This document shows, in pieces, positions 43,336 through 55,500 of a DNA stretch of 64,000 nucleotides. The translations under genes and the position numbers were made by a program. Below the pieces are notes generated by a model. It had not been told where the DNA came from. It searched no databases and was given only the letters and a program-made list of their open reading frames with translations. Source of the DNA: a virus (lineage: Duplodnaviria; Heunggongvirae; Uroviricota; Caudoviricetes); IMG/VR virus record IMGVR_UViG_3300033405_000002, positions 115,595 through 179,594 of that record, one strand, 5' to 3'. Every line of letters starts with the position of its first letter. Positions within the stretch are counted from its first letter, which is position 1.

Positions 43336-46300
43336 TGGGATCATCTACTTTTCAATATCCAACACTCGTAAGTCGCACCCTTGACCCGAAAGGCAAGGCG
43401 CTACGCACCATCGTTGCCATTCACGACCATGAGATCACCGACGCCGATCTCAACCTCATGCAGGACTTGCAGGACAACAAGCGTGCTGCCATGGTTGCTG
43501 ACATGGTGTCTTCTGGTTCTTTGACCTACGCGCCGATGCAGTTCAACACCATCAACCCCTGCGTGTTCACCATTCCCGGTTTCGATGTCATGTTCAACGG
43601 TCAAGTGGTTCACATCACTGGCAACGCTTCCGCTGACATCACGATGAATCGTGTGCAGATTCCGCAGCCGCCTTTCTGGGCCCCCGGAACTCAAGAAGAA
43701 GATGCGCGAATCTACATCGTGTTTCTCGAACTCTGGTATCAGTCACTCAATCCGATCACAGGACAGGGCTACTATCAAGACCCGACAACAAAGCTTTTCT
43801 ACTACTATCCTTACGGCTGCGTGAACCCGAACACCGCGAATTTTGAAATTTACCCGGACGATTCCACCGATCCGTTCCAAGGTTTGTTCACCACAGAACG
43901 CGCACAGATTCAATGGCGTCTAAACGTCCAGCGCGTGGGTTTGAACTACAACTTCAGTCAGTACGCGTGGGGTTTGACACCCGATACGACAGACACCCCG
44001 GCATATTCAAACATCTACAACGCTGTCTACGCGCAGGCGCAGCCGGGAAGTCTACAACCGACGCCGGGAGTCTCCCCACTTCAGGGCTTGCTCCCATACC
44101 AATACACGTGGATGGGTGGTTCTTCAACGATTTCGAACTGGAACAGCACCGCAACTTACGTTGACGGAAACATTGTCCTGTATAACGGTGTCTACTACGT
44201 CGCATATTTGAACGTCCCAGCCGGAATCACACCACCAAACCCGGCGTACTGGAACGTGTTCCCGATCAACGGCGACACAGGTTTGTGGTGTGCTGGCGAT
44301 GGAAACGTAAACAACTCGCTCGGCACAATGGATGGCTACAGCTACGCCATGCCTGTTGCTGTTGTGTTCCAGCGTAACTATGGCAACTTCAACGTGTCAA
44401 CCAACCTCTTTGGTTGTGCGAACCCCAACGTCAGTGTGGCGAACAACGGACTCATCGCGTCCGGCGTCAGCGGGCGTTATGACTCAGAGCTTGCCGATCA
44501 GGTTTATCCGGCTGATGTGGTGGACACTCGTTCTATCGTCCAATTGACCGGGACACCGGACTATGACGATTTGATGCGCTTCGGTTTTGGCGATCTCGTC
44601 ACCGGACACACAACGCTTGCCATCTCTCGCGGCAACCCGAAGGGCAGCAAGGCGGAAGCACTCGGCTCCACTCTGGAATACAACGTGTCAATCGCGCCGC
44701 CAACAACCAGTGTGGCAACATCTCTGGTCAACACGGACTTAGTTGGTCAATGGGATGGCTTTAGCAACGGTTTCAGTTCCGACCAGCGGACGTTCCAAAC
44801 AACTTTCGCCATCAGCACGACTCAAAAAACGACAGGCGTAATCGGTGGGCCTTGGGTGCTTAATGACTCATTCACTGTCCAGTTGCCAACCGCATCACCA
44901 GCGACGATCACTGGCATTGACGTAGTGGCACTGGTTAGCAACACGGTAACAGGTACGAAAACACCAGCGGCACTTCTGCAAGGACAATTCGCACTTACCG
45001 GACTCAACACAACGTCAGCCACAGTCCAGTTCATCGTGAACTTGACCGGAACAGCATTTGATCCCGGCTCGAATAACCTGTACGTGACGGTAAGCGTGAC
45101 ATACCCGGCAGGCTCGGCAACGAATCTTCAAGAAATTCCGTTCGCTGTAGACGGCGGCTCTTTGAACGATCAGGCTGCTGCGGCGATCTTCCCTGTCTAC
45201 GGCGTCTCAGAGTATGACGCACAGGATCAGCAGGTGTCGCTCCCGCCATCGAATCAAACTCTCGTATCATCCGGTGTGACAGTCAACGGTGTCTATGCCA
45301 TCAACCCTGAATACTCGGACATCTTGATTGGCACCAAAGTTCAGTTAGCCGTTCCCGGCTCGCTGGGTGTGCAAACAACCGTGAGTGGCACCACGATTAC
45401 CACGTTCATTCTGCCGATGAATGGAATCGAAGGTACATTAAACGGTCTGTACTGCACCCATGCTTTTGACTCAGTTACGCAAGACTTGTACACAATCTCT
45501 GGTCGCACCATGGGCACAACATCTGGTGCCAACACGCAGACTGTCATCACGATTCAGGCGGCGGTGCCTCCAACCAGCACCGTGATTATGTCCTTCGTGG
45601 CTCAGGGCACAGCACAGTTAGCATTCAACGCGCCAGTCAAGGGCGTAACCGCCATCGAAGAAACCGTACTGATTGGCAACTTCAGCACAACGTATGGCGT
45701 CAGCGGCGATTCCAACTATCCGATGGACGGGCGTGTCAACGTGGAAAGCGTCACTACTGTGACAACCGCAAACGGCCCCGTTAGCACAATTGTGCTTGGC
45801 TCCAACGGCTGCGAAATTACGGGCATCTCCGGCGACAACGTAAACGGTATCATTTGGCTCGCCAGTCAAGCGGCTGGACAGCCGTGGCTTTTCACCGCTG
45901 TAACGTTCCCGGCATCAGCCATCAACTTCATTCAGGGTACAGTAACAATCACCGTGTCAGGCGTCACGCTCGCTGGAGCAAACGCACAACCGTTCTTCTT
46001 CGTGGGTTCGATCAATCCAGCGTTTACTTCGGCATCGAGCTTGATTGTGTCCTTGCAGTACATTCCGTACCAAGGCGAAGGTGTGTTAAACCGTAACTAC
46101 GAAATCATTCACACCGAAGACACCGCGCTCCTAACTACCAACGGCACAGGAGCCGCACCAGTGATTGGTCTCGCGGATGTTTACCCATACAACCGTCAGC
46201 TTCCAATTATCACCATGCTTCCAGCGCAGGCAAGCTGGCTCGACTCAGGTTTGACTAATACGCCGATTGCGTCATTGTTTGATAGCAACTACGTCGCCAT

Positions 46301-47426
46301 GCAGCAGAACAACGTGGAAGATACGTTCGATGTGCCACTGCACACTAACGACTTCATCCCGCCACTCAACAAGGATACACGTAAGACTGTGGCATTCACA
46401 GCAGTTGCGACAGGTGGACGTGGATTTGCGACAGCGATCCCGCACCTTGGTTATGCCATCACCGCTCCTACACCGCGCACTGTGCTCGGACAGAACTTAC
46501 AGACTACAATCGCACCGATCACTCTGTACGTGGACAACTCTGTTGGCAACGATGCAAACTCCGGTCTTTCGCTACAGACCGCGAAAAAGACAATCGGCGC
46601 GGCACTTGCAGAGTTGCCGCCAGTATTGACCTTCCCTTGCACAATTTTCATCAACGACACTGGTGTCCCGTTCTTGATTGAACAGTTGCAGAGTTCTATG
46701 GAAGTTGTAGCTTTGGGGGACGGTGACATTCGTTCCGCAAAAATCTACGCCCTTGGCAATTTGTCCCGCGTCATTCAGGAAGAAGGACGTTTGGTGATCT
46801 CGGTTGTTCAAGGCGCTACCAACCCGGTTGTGATCGACGCTACGGGCTTCGCAGGATTTGGCGATGGCCCAACTTGTGCTTTCTACATTGACACTAGCCG
46901 CGTGATTTTGAATGGTCTCACGTTCCAGAACTTCCAGAATCCGGCTATTGTAGCGTACAACGCAGACGTTGATATGGTTGCTTGCAACTTTAACGGCAAT
47001 GCGCAAGCAGGCTCTTATGTCGGATGCGACAGCGTAATCTTTGACGGCGGCTCGCTCTCCGTACCAGACAACTGTGCGGGTCAAGTGGCTGTTCAAACGA
47101 ACGTAACAATATCGAACGTTTCACTCACCGCCAGTGGGCCAAGCAGTCCGCCAGTACCGGGGGCTTTCTTCACCGGAACGCGGCAGTCAACGTTGAATTT
47201 CCAGTTGCACTTACCAGCCAACGAGACAGGTTTTGGCGGAAGTCCGGCACCAGTTACGGCCGAAGTGCAGTTGAATTCGAGCATCGCGGTAACCACGACC
47301 TTCCAGTCAAACGGTGCGGCGATCTTACAAGCCAACAGCGTTTTATCTCAAACAACATCGCTGATTCCGTTTCTCGGTGGGGTTACTACGGATGCAAGCA
47401 GTTCAATAGTGACACAGGTGGGATAG
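43335..47426 (+). CDS. Large virion structural protein (1363 aa) with CBM5/12-like motif and C-terminal beta-helix-like region
   Basis: WNSTATYVDGNIVLYNGVYY; ITLYVDNSVGNDANSG...AKKTIGAAL pectin-lyase-like start. Confidence 0.7.
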   Translation: MGSSTFQYPTLVSRTLDPKGKALRTIVAIHDHEITDADLNLMQDLQDNKRAAMVADMVSSGSLTYAPMQFNTINPCVFTIPGFDVMFNGQVVHITGNASADITMNRVQIPQPPFWAPGTQEEDARIYIVFLELWYQSLNPITGQGYYQDPTTKLFYYYPYGCVNPNTANFEIYPDDSTDPFQGLFTTERAQIQWRLNVQRVGLNYNFSQYAWGLTPDTTDTPAYSNIYNAVYAQAQPGSLQPTPGVSPLQGLLPYQYTWMGGSSTISNWNSTATYVDGNIVLYNGVYYVAYLNVPAGITPPNPAYWNVFPINGDTGLWCAGDGNVNNSLGTMDGYSYAMPVAVVFQRNYGNFNVSTNLFGCANPNVSVANNGLIASGVSGRYDSELADQVYPADVVDTRSIVQLTGTPDYDDLMRFGFGDLVTGHTTLAISRGNPKGSKAEALGSTLEYNVSIAPPTTSVATSLVNTDLVGQWDGFSNGFSSDQRTFQTTFAISTTQKTTGVIGGPWVLNDSFTVQLPTASPATITGIDVVALVSNTVTGTKTPAALLQGQFALTGLNTTSATVQFIVNLTGTAFDPGSNNLYVTVSVTYPAGSATNLQEIPFAVDGGSLNDQAAAAIFPVYGVSEYDAQDQQVSLPPSNQTLVSSGVTVNGVYAINPEYSDILIGTKVQLAVPGSLGVQTTVSGTTITTFILPMNGIEGTLNGLYCTHAFDSVTQDLYTISGRTMGTTSGANTQTVITIQAAVPPTSTVIMSFVAQGTAQLAFNAPVKGVTAIEETVLIGNFSTTYGVSGDSNYPMDGRVNVESVTTVTTANGPVSTIVLGSNGCEITGISGDNVNGIIWLASQAAGQPWLFTAVTFPASAINFIQGTVTITVSGVTLAGANAQPFFFVGSINPAFTSASSLIVSLQYIPYQGEGVLNRNYEIIHTEDTALLTTNGTGAAPVIGLADVYPYNRQLPIITMLPAQASWLDSGLTNTPIASLFDSNYVAMQQNNVEDTFDVPLHTNDFIPPLNKDTRKTVAFTAVATGGRGFATAIPHLGYAITAPTPRTVLGQNLQTTIAPITLYVDNSVGNDANSGLSLQTAKKTIGAALAELPPVLTFPCTIFINDTGVPFLIEQLQSSMEVVALGDGDIRSAKIYALGNLSRVIQEEGRLVISVVQGATNPVVIDATGFAGFGDGPTCAFYIDTSRVILNGLTFQNFQNPAIVAYNADVDMVACNFNGNAQAGSYVGCDSVIFDGGSLSVPDNCAGQVAVQTNVTISNVSLTASGPSSPPVPGAFFTGTRQSTLNFQLHLPANETGFGGSPAPVTAEVQLNSSIAVTTTFQSNGAAILQANSVLSQTTSLIPFLGGVTTDASSSIVTQVG

Positions 47427-47428
47427 TC

Positions 47429-47863
47429 ATGAAAAAGAGTAGGTTTACTACGTATTACTACAAACGACGTGGTTCAGGTCGTTGTCTTGGCTGTTCCAGC
47501 GCGGAAGAAATCGGCACAGATGTCTACTGTTCGGTCTGCAAGAAGAAAAGAAGTGAAGGGGCACAAAAACGTAACCAAATTTTGAAACAGACCGTCATTG
47601 AGCATTACGGAAATAAATGTGCTTGGGTTGGCTGTGATGTTGCGGATTTAGACATGCTGAGTATTGACCATATCGAAAACGATGGAGCACAGGAGAAAAA
47701 AGTGTACCGATCTGCCGGATTCAACTTTTACCGTTACGTAATAAAAAACGGGTTTCCAGAAGGAAAGTACCAAGTGCTCTGTTTCAACCACCAATGGAAG
47801 AAACGAATGATGAGTCTTCGCAACGAAAAATTACCTGTAGTAACGAAGAAGGCGGTAGCTTAG
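47429..47863 (+). CDS. HNH endonuclease-like protein inserted in structural operon
   Basis: HYGNKC...LSIDHIENDG...YQVLCFNHQWKK (usual NCN altered); low-GC codon style. Confidence 0.7.
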   Translation: MKKSRFTTYYYKRRGSGRCLGCSSAEEIGTDVYCSVCKKKRSEGAQKRNQILKQTVIEHYGNKCAWVGCDVADLDMLSIDHIENDGAQEKKVYRSAGFNFYRYVIKNGFPEGKYQVLCFNHQWKKRMMSLRNEKLPVVTKKAVA

Positions 47864-47864
47864 T

Positions 47865-50800
47865 ATGCCAGCACCTTACTTTTACATCTCGGCACCAGCG
47901 GTAGCATCAATCGACCAGTACAACAACTTCGTGTTAAACTGGACACCCACACCCGATCCAGTCACAGGTTCGTACTCTGCCTACGATTACTGGAACATCA
48001 CCATCAATTCACAGATTGTGAAGTTCCTCGCCCCGGCTGGATACTCCGGTGGGCAGCTTACATACTCGCAAGTCCTTACTACGGACGTGGTTTCTCTAAC
48101 TATGCAGGCATATCAAGCCTTGCCTTCCGTTCAACCATTGACGAACCCGTGGGGAACAGGGGCTAACGGTGCGACTATTGGCGCACCCCCGTTTGTAGCG
48201 GCCCCCAGAGCGTTCCCCGACCCCCTTACAGCATCTTCGATCACATTCAGTGCTGTGTCGCTCTTGCTCGATCAAGCCTTGACGGTCACCCTGAACAACA
48301 GTTATATCAGCCAGATTCCAACTCCCGCTGACCAATGGCAAGTGCTCTGGCCCGACAACACATCGACAGGTTGGTTGCCGCTCACATCGCCTGTAGTTAC
48401 GAAGTCTTTCAGTACGGCTGGCGCGGCAAACGTAATTGTTCAGACGCGTAAGAACTACACAGCGGCGAACGTCTACAACCCGGTTACTTCACTGATTAGC
48501 ACTTACACACAACAGATTTTCGTCGTAGATCAGCAAGCAACAGGGACAACGGCGGGTCAGTCCGGCATCGCTGGCGCTCTTGGCATCGGCGGACAGCAAG
48601 GGTACGAGATCACCAACAATACGAGCGGAACAGTGGCCCCGGAACCTTGGGAAGTGATCGCTCGCGCACTCGTGCGTGATACGGTTACCAACGAACTGAA
48701 GCTCTTAGTTCCTACTTCGCGCTTCTCTAACGCAAGCTCCCTGCTTGGCACTATGGCGATTGACGTTTTCCCGATTGAGGGACGCCCACGCGGTAAGGAA
48801 CTCGTCGTGCCGCCATACGAATTGACCGTGACATCAGAGACAGAGACGGTTCCGGTTGCGATCACTACGGCATCATTCCCAACACTCTACGTTGGAAAGT
48901 CCGTGGTACAGGCACTTGGCACACCGTTCAGTTTCGCCGCGCAGAACGGCATTCTTCCGTATGTTTGGAGTTCTACTGGTTTACCGGAGGGACTCAGCAT
49001 TAACACTAGCGGTGTCCTAAATGGCACGCCATTGGAGCTAGGAACTTTCTCCGTCACGGTTGCCGTACAAGACTCCAGCGTCCCGTTCTCGATCTCTGAG
49101 ATGACATACTCGTCTGTAGTTGAGACGGATTTACTCGTTGAGATCGCGGCGAGTCAGATGGACGCCAAAGGTAACACACTCTCGCAGACCGGGACAACAC
49201 TCGGTTACGCGCAGGTTGGCACGGCTTATAGCGTTCAAATGGATGTTGGCAACGTTGATCCGCTCGCCACGACTCCCGGTGGTTTACCGCCGTATTCATG
49301 GAGCGCACCCGCCGGAGCATTTCCGGTTGGTCTGAGCATCAACAGTGCTGGATTGATCTCAGGAACCCCAGCCACTTACAACTCCACGACTGACTTTAAC
49401 ACGACATTCAGCGTGACAATTCAGGTCACTGATGCCATCGGTGCGAAAGCTACGCAGACGTACACGATACAGCTTATACCAGAAGCGCTGTCCTTCGGCC
49501 CACTCAATCAGCCGACAGTTTACACTCGCCAAGATTTCAAATTGGTTGTGCCCGTTTTCGGCGGTCTTTCGCCCTACACGCTCACAACTTTTGCTCCAGT
49601 CGGTTCAGTAGATGGGCAGTATTACGGCCCCGTTGCTTTGGTCGATGGTCAAGTTGAGATTCCAATCGGACAAGGCGCATTCACGCCCGGTGGTCTTCCC
49701 ACCACAGGGTCGCACGCGTTCATTCTGACGGTTACGGATAGCTCCACACCCGCAAACGCACTGACAACTCAGTTCACTTACACGGCTGAAACCGAGATTG
49801 CTGATGTCCGTTTGGTTTATGGCTATCTCGAAAACTTGGCGCACAGCAGCGATGGAAGTTGGGGCATCTTTGATTCGTCAGAAGCAGGTCAGTTAGTTCC
49901 AACCGCTGGCCCGATTGAAGTTGACGGCGACCTGACGGTTAACAACAAGTATTTCATCAGCGGTTACAGAATCAATCTGACGCAGGCTACGGCAAACGTC
50001 GGCACAGTTGTGTACACGATGCCAAGCAACTCAGACTTCGCCGAATTCATCGGAGAGACCTTCTTTGTATCTGGCTTTACCAACGCCGGGAACAACGGCG
50101 CGTTCACTTGCTCCGCGTCATCGTTAACCTCGATCACGTTGAACAACGCTAATGGTGTGAACGAGACACACGCCGCCAAAGCATTACTGGCGACAGTGCT
50201 GGCAAACGGTGTCTCTGTTGCCGTTGATCCCACGACCACAACGGTTTCAGGCAAGCCTGATGTTGAATTCTACGGGCCTCCGGGACCAAACGCGGTTAAC
50301 GCATCAGCGGTGTTTAGCAACGCAGAGTATCGCGTCCCGCTAGTGGTTAACCAAGAATCTGAACTCACGGCTGCTGCGGCTGCTGTGGGTGGAAAAACGA
50401 CTTACACCGGAACCATTGAAGGCGGTGCGGGTGTTGTTGGTCAGACATTCTACGTGTTCGGCTTCACCAACTATCAAAACAACGGCACGTATGTGGCACA
50501 GACGGGCACAAACGCAACCACTCTTGTTCTCAACAACCCAAACGGTGTGGCTGAAACTGGTGGAAGCTACCTCGCCGCCAATATCTCTGTCCCATTGTTC
50601 ACGGTGTCTCGCGCCTACACTACCCTTACGCATGATGACCCAGCTACGTACAGCATCACGTCCGTAGCGAACGCTGTCAGTGGAAGCACGACTTACACCG
50701 GAACAATCACAGGGGGAGCAGGCAACGCCTTTGCAGGATATTATTTCTCAACCAATGGCTTCGCTGTTGGGGCGAACAACGGTTACTTCCTATGCACAGC

Positions 50801-52565
50801 ATCTACCGCAACAACGCTCGTGCTTGACAACGCGAATGGCGCAACGGACACCACGGGTAAGGCTACGGGTGACATCGGGAGCATCATCACGAATGCTCGT
50901 CCTTTTATCGTAGGTGACGTTGTAGGAATGAACCCCCGCAAGCCGTACTTTAACTCACCCGATCTTCCACCGATCAACAATCAAACGAGTGAACCATCGC
51001 CATACGAAGGTGGTACGTGGCTCGCGGCGGTCGCTGCGGGTTCGACACTTCCTCCGGGATTGTCCTTGGACGCTAACACAGGCTTGATCTACGGGACGCT
51101 GATTGGTAGTGCGATCTCGTCCAGCACCATCAAGTATGTCGATCCATCCGGCGCGGCTCACGGGTCTGTTGTTGTCAACTGGAACACACTCGCAAACAAT
51201 TTCCAGCTTACCTACAACGAAAATCTCGACAGTCTCGTGGTCGGAACAGCATACCCGACCATTAACGCTTTCTCGGCACAACCGGGGGTTACGCTAGTTG
51301 GTACACCGTCTTTCTACGGGACGTTACCCGCTGGTCTGACGATCCAACCCACAGATGGGACGAACATTATTTTGTCCGGCACCCCGACTGAGGCTGGTTA
51401 CTTTGATGTGTGGTTTACAGCATCTACGGCGAGCGGCGAGAGCGCGTCAATCTATCACCGTATCTCGACCATTGTGCCTATCGCGACGTTGAATATCCCC
51501 GGCTACTCGGATTATCCATACGTTCCCGGCACTTCAGTTGTTCAGTCATTCCCGTTGCCGAACGCAACAATTGGCGCGTCCTATGAAGACCCGCAAACCT
51601 TGGCGAACTACACCTTGGTTGCGGTTAATGGTGACCCGCCTTACACGTTCTCAAGTTCGCCGACATTCCCGTTCCAAGGGATCAGTCTTGCAACCACGGG
51701 AGCTACGGCTGGGCAATTCAGCGGCAGCGCCATTGGTCCGGCTGGAACATATCTCTTCGACTTCACAGTGACGGATTCATTGTCCAACACATTCACAGTG
51801 AACAACGTTCCGTTGACGTTCCAAGCATCAGGCTTGAACATCACGACGGTTTCATTGCCAAATGCTACTTCAGGTCTCGCCTACAATGTGACACTGGCGG
51901 CGACGGGCGGCATAGTGCCTTACGTGTGGTCTATCTCTCCTGTGTCTCAGAATCAGTTACCCACAGGTCTGAGTATCGGAGCGTCCACCGGAGCCATCAC
52001 TGGCACGACTTTGCAGGGCGGGTTCAGCAAGCCGATCACGTTCCGCGTTACTGACCATGTTGGGTCATACGCTGACAAAACGTTTACCCTAACGGTGAAC
52101 GTCGGTCTCCAACTGCACGCGGGGCCAGATTACGTAGAGGGAATTTCCCCGGCGTCGAACATCCTTGGGTACTTGGACAACGGGAGTACAACCACCATTA
52201 CCACGCGCCCGAACCTGTCATTTTATGTTGTGGCTACGGGTGTGGTTAGCACATCAATAGCTCAGATGTCGGCGTCAACAAATGCCCCTGACATCTCCGC
52301 GACAGTGGTGTCTCTGAATACTAGCACTCATGTTGCACAGATCGCTTTGAGTGGGATTGGGTTTGACGCTTTCCATCCTGTTCCTGAGTATGAGGGCCCA
52401 GTTGGACATCAGATTGTTCAACCATCGCCGCAGACCCTCACCGTAACGGTAATAGATTCAGGTGTTACGGTTTCACAACTCTTTACATGGCAAGTATATG
52501 CTAATGGCACTATGAGTTTGGCGGCGACAAACACATTTCCGACCAGATTGACGACACCAAGCTAA
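47865..52565 (+). CDS. Multi Ig-domain (He_PIG-like) virion protein (1566 aa)
   Basis: Repeated ITT.S.P...G.AY...L.A.GG..PY.WS....LP.GLS.....G.I.GTP motifs; three FCCH-like variants. Confidence 0.8.
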   Translation: MPAPYFYISAPAVASIDQYNNFVLNWTPTPDPVTGSYSAYDYWNITINSQIVKFLAPAGYSGGQLTYSQVLTTDVVSLTMQAYQALPSVQPLTNPWGTGANGATIGAPPFVAAPRAFPDPLTASSITFSAVSLLLDQALTVTLNNSYISQIPTPADQWQVLWPDNTSTGWLPLTSPVVTKSFSTAGAANVIVQTRKNYTAANVYNPVTSLISTYTQQIFVVDQQATGTTAGQSGIAGALGIGGQQGYEITNNTSGTVAPEPWEVIARALVRDTVTNELKLLVPTSRFSNASSLLGTMAIDVFPIEGRPRGKELVVPPYELTVTSETETVPVAITTASFPTLYVGKSVVQALGTPFSFAAQNGILPYVWSSTGLPEGLSINTSGVLNGTPLELGTFSVTVAVQDSSVPFSISEMTYSSVVETDLLVEIAASQMDAKGNTLSQTGTTLGYAQVGTAYSVQMDVGNVDPLATTPGGLPPYSWSAPAGAFPVGLSINSAGLISGTPATYNSTTDFNTTFSVTIQVTDAIGAKATQTYTIQLIPEALSFGPLNQPTVYTRQDFKLVVPVFGGLSPYTLTTFAPVGSVDGQYYGPVALVDGQVEIPIGQGAFTPGGLPTTGSHAFILTVTDSSTPANALTTQFTYTAETEIADVRLVYGYLENLAHSSDGSWGIFDSSEAGQLVPTAGPIEVDGDLTVNNKYFISGYRINLTQATANVGTVVYTMPSNSDFAEFIGETFFVSGFTNAGNNGAFTCSASSLTSITLNNANGVNETHAAKALLATVLANGVSVAVDPTTTTVSGKPDVEFYGPPGPNAVNASAVFSNAEYRVPLVVNQESELTAAAAAVGGKTTYTGTIEGGAGVVGQTFYVFGFTNYQNNGTYVAQTGTNATTLVLNNPNGVAETGGSYLAANISVPLFTVSRAYTTLTHDDPATYSITSVANAVSGSTTYTGTITGGAGNAFAGYYFSTNGFAVGANNGYFLCTASTATTLVLDNANGATDTTGKATGDIGSIITNARPFIVGDVVGMNPRKPYFNSPDLPPINNQTSEPSPYEGGTWLAAVAAGSTLPPGLSLDANTGLIYGTLIGSAISSSTIKYVDPSGAAHGSVVVNWNTLANNFQLTYNENLDSLVVGTAYPTINAFSAQPGVTLVGTPSFYGTLPAGLTIQPTDGTNIILSGTPTEAGYFDVWFTASTASGESASIYHRISTIVPIATLNIPGYSDYPYVPGTSVVQSFPLPNATIGASYEDPQTLANYTLVAVNGDPPYTFSSSPTFPFQGISLATTGATAGQFSGSAIGPAGTYLFDFTVTDSLSNTFTVNNVPLTFQASGLNITTVSLPNATSGLAYNVTLAATGGIVPYVWSISPVSQNQLPTGLSIGASTGAITGTTLQGGFSKPITFRVTDHVGSYADKTFTLTVNVGLQLHAGPDYVEGISPASNILGYLDNGSTTTITTRPNLSFYVVATGVVSTSIAQMSASTNAPDISATVVSLNTSTHVAQIALSGIGFDAFHPVPEYEGPVGHQIVQPSPQTLTVTVIDSGVTVSQLFTWQVYANGTMSLAATNTFPTRLTTPS

Positions 52566-52574
52566 GGAAAAACA

Positions 52575-55500
52575 ATGGCAATCGTAACAGAAACAATTAC
52601 AGTCACAGTCACAGGGGTCAACCCGCAGACGTTCACCGTTGGCGCGAACGTGAATACCGACACGGGTGCAGGCACAGGTCCGATTAGCCTCACGTTTACA
52701 GGCACCAAAGCGGGCACAGACTCAATTACGGCTACGATGACTTCGCACACATTTACTGGAAACACATCCAATGTGGCGGAAATTGTTTGGCAGCCAATCA
52801 ATGGGCAGATCGCCGTTGCTTCGCCGTTCTCGATCACAACTTACGGCAACCCCAACAAGACAACTGGTTGGCCCGGTTTTTACACTGGCGGCTCGTCCGA
52901 TGGAACGGGTCGTACATTCCCGTACACCACGAACGGATGCACTTCGCTTGTGTGGAACCAAGTTACGGCGAACAACCCAATCAATCCTTTCTGCGCACCG
53001 AACAACGTTTCAGGTTGCGGCGGCGGTTACAAAGCAGACCCAATGCTTGTTGTTCAGCAAACCAGCACAGGCACGGGCGCTGGCTCACTCTCGATCAACG
53101 GCACGAATAACAACCCGGACAACGGTGGAAACTGGCCCGGATTTGTTCTGGATTGCAACACAAGTTTAATCGTCTCGCAGGCTGGTACTTACACATTCTA
53201 CGTGAATAGCGCTGACGTAGCAGCATTTGCGGTGTACATCGGCGGCGGTGCAACTTTCTCTAGCGCCAGCTATGGTAGTCGCTCCGGCAATAGCGGAAAT
53301 TCGTTCCCGGCTACAGGCCCAACAACGACAAGTGCAAAGCTCGCTATTGTTGAGACGAATCCGAACACGTTGTATCCGCCTAACGTTTCAACTTACGTAA
53401 CGTTTCCGAAGCCCGGTGTGTACCCAATTGAGATTGTCTACAACCAGTTCTATAACATCCAGTTCAGCGGGGACAACAACGGCTATTTCCAGTTGACATA
53501 CGGGTATGGACAGTTGAACCAGAACCTCGGAAACGGGACAGTTGGTGTCCAGAACTTCCCGGTAGCGCTCGCGACAGCGCCCCCGGCGGGCAGCCCACCA
53601 ACGAGCGCCTTGCAGTTGACTCCAGTGGGGGGCGCTACAAACTTGCAGCTTCAAGGTGGGTCTGAATCTTTGACTCTCACCATTCAAAACGTTCCTTACA
53701 CGAACATTGTGTATTGCCCGATTTTGGAAGGCACGCAAGGGAGTCTTTCAATTTTCAACAATTCATCCACCAGCACGTTCTCGTTCCCTGAATTTCCGAA
53801 CGCGAGCGACACTTTAACCCCGGTTGACTATCCGTCAGCGGCTACGAATGTCTTCACGCTCAGCGGAGATAACACCGCATGGATGGGGTTATTCACAATC
53901 ACGCCCAACGCGACTACATCTTTTTCTTTGAACTACAACGGTGGGCCTTTCACTTTTGCCACACCGGGGACTGACATCGCAACAACAAACCTGCAAGTGA
54001 CCGCCAATGACATTGCTTGGTTCAACCCGGTCAATAAGAGCTACGATGTGTTCACTCGTAACACTAGCGGGCAGGGCGGTATCGGCTACTCTATTGAGAT
54101 GGACTACATGACGATGCCCACGGTCCAATCCGTTTCCCCGACTTCAATGGTTGCGGACGGAAAGACTCATCCGTTAACGATCAACTTATCACGACCGATG
54201 TCTCCGCAACAACAGGGTTCATACGGCACCGGAAATACGATCCTGCCCTACGCGCAGATTTTGGGCGGCGCGACATTCGCATCAGCTTTCACGCCGATTT
54301 TGGATAGCAACTCGTTCCTGCTCGGCTGGACAACGAGTATCACTGTTCCGTTGTCTACGAGCAACAGCACGCTGACTCTAACGATGTGGCTGCATGGCAC
54401 ATTGACCTATCTGAGCGGAAACACGTTTGTAAATAACGGAGCGGTGAACTATATCGGCAATGGCCCAACACTGTCCGATTACGCTGTGGTGGGGACTATC
54501 GCTCTTACAGGTAGCCAATATGTAGCTCCGGTAGCAGAGGCATTCAGTATCACAGGCGCATCTGGTACTCAAATCGGCTCTAACAACACGTTGTCCGGCA
54601 CGGTGTACACATTTGACAACAACCCTGTGAACTTGCAGTTCCAGTACAAGTTCAACACAAGCGGCACCATCGTTAACATCGGTGGTCTACAAACTTCGCC
54701 GAACGGGGGACACTCAACGATCACTGTTGGCGGCAAGACCGCTTATCAAAGCATTTTCAACCTGTCTTGGGCACCGGGAACAATTCAAGTTGCGTCTGAA
54801 TCGGCGGCACAAGTGCTGCTCGGATACACCGTTACAGACCCAACCAGCGGCTTGTCCACACAGTATTTCAGCAGCACGATTTACACCCTGCCTTACACGA
54901 TTATCGTAGTCTGTTTCACCGGGAATGTGGGCGTCAAGACGCCGGACGGCTTTACTTTGTTTGAAGAGCTTCCGCGTGAAGAGCAGTTCAAGATTACAAA
55001 CAAGTCCGGCACGTTCGACGCTCAACTTATCACCCATGAGTATGCGGGCTGGATGCTTGAGTTTGCGGACGGCAAACTGGTCACACTCGATCACCCGATG
55101 GGAGAGTCGGAAGGTGTATGGGTTGATGCTGAAGTTAAATTCGTTGGTGCGAAGCGCGTGTGGTACGAAGGTACTGTCTACAACATGCACGTACTTGCGG
55201 ATAAATATGACGACCAACACTACATCCTCGATACCGGGGATGTGGCGCACAACAAAGGCGGCGGCGGGGGTGGTTGCCCTGCGGTTGAGATGTTCATCAG
55301 CCAGTACGCGCAGGTTTACGACATCACTGACGGTATGCTGGTCAAAACTTTGGCGGGCAATACCGAAGAATACTTGTCCACTGAGATCACAACCGAACAT
55401 CACCGGGTTGAGTGGCATGATTTCAGTGAGCAGCCTTGCCATCGTCTGCTCGCCGAAAACGGGGCGGAAGTTACCGTGTCTGCCAGCACACCCGTTCCGA

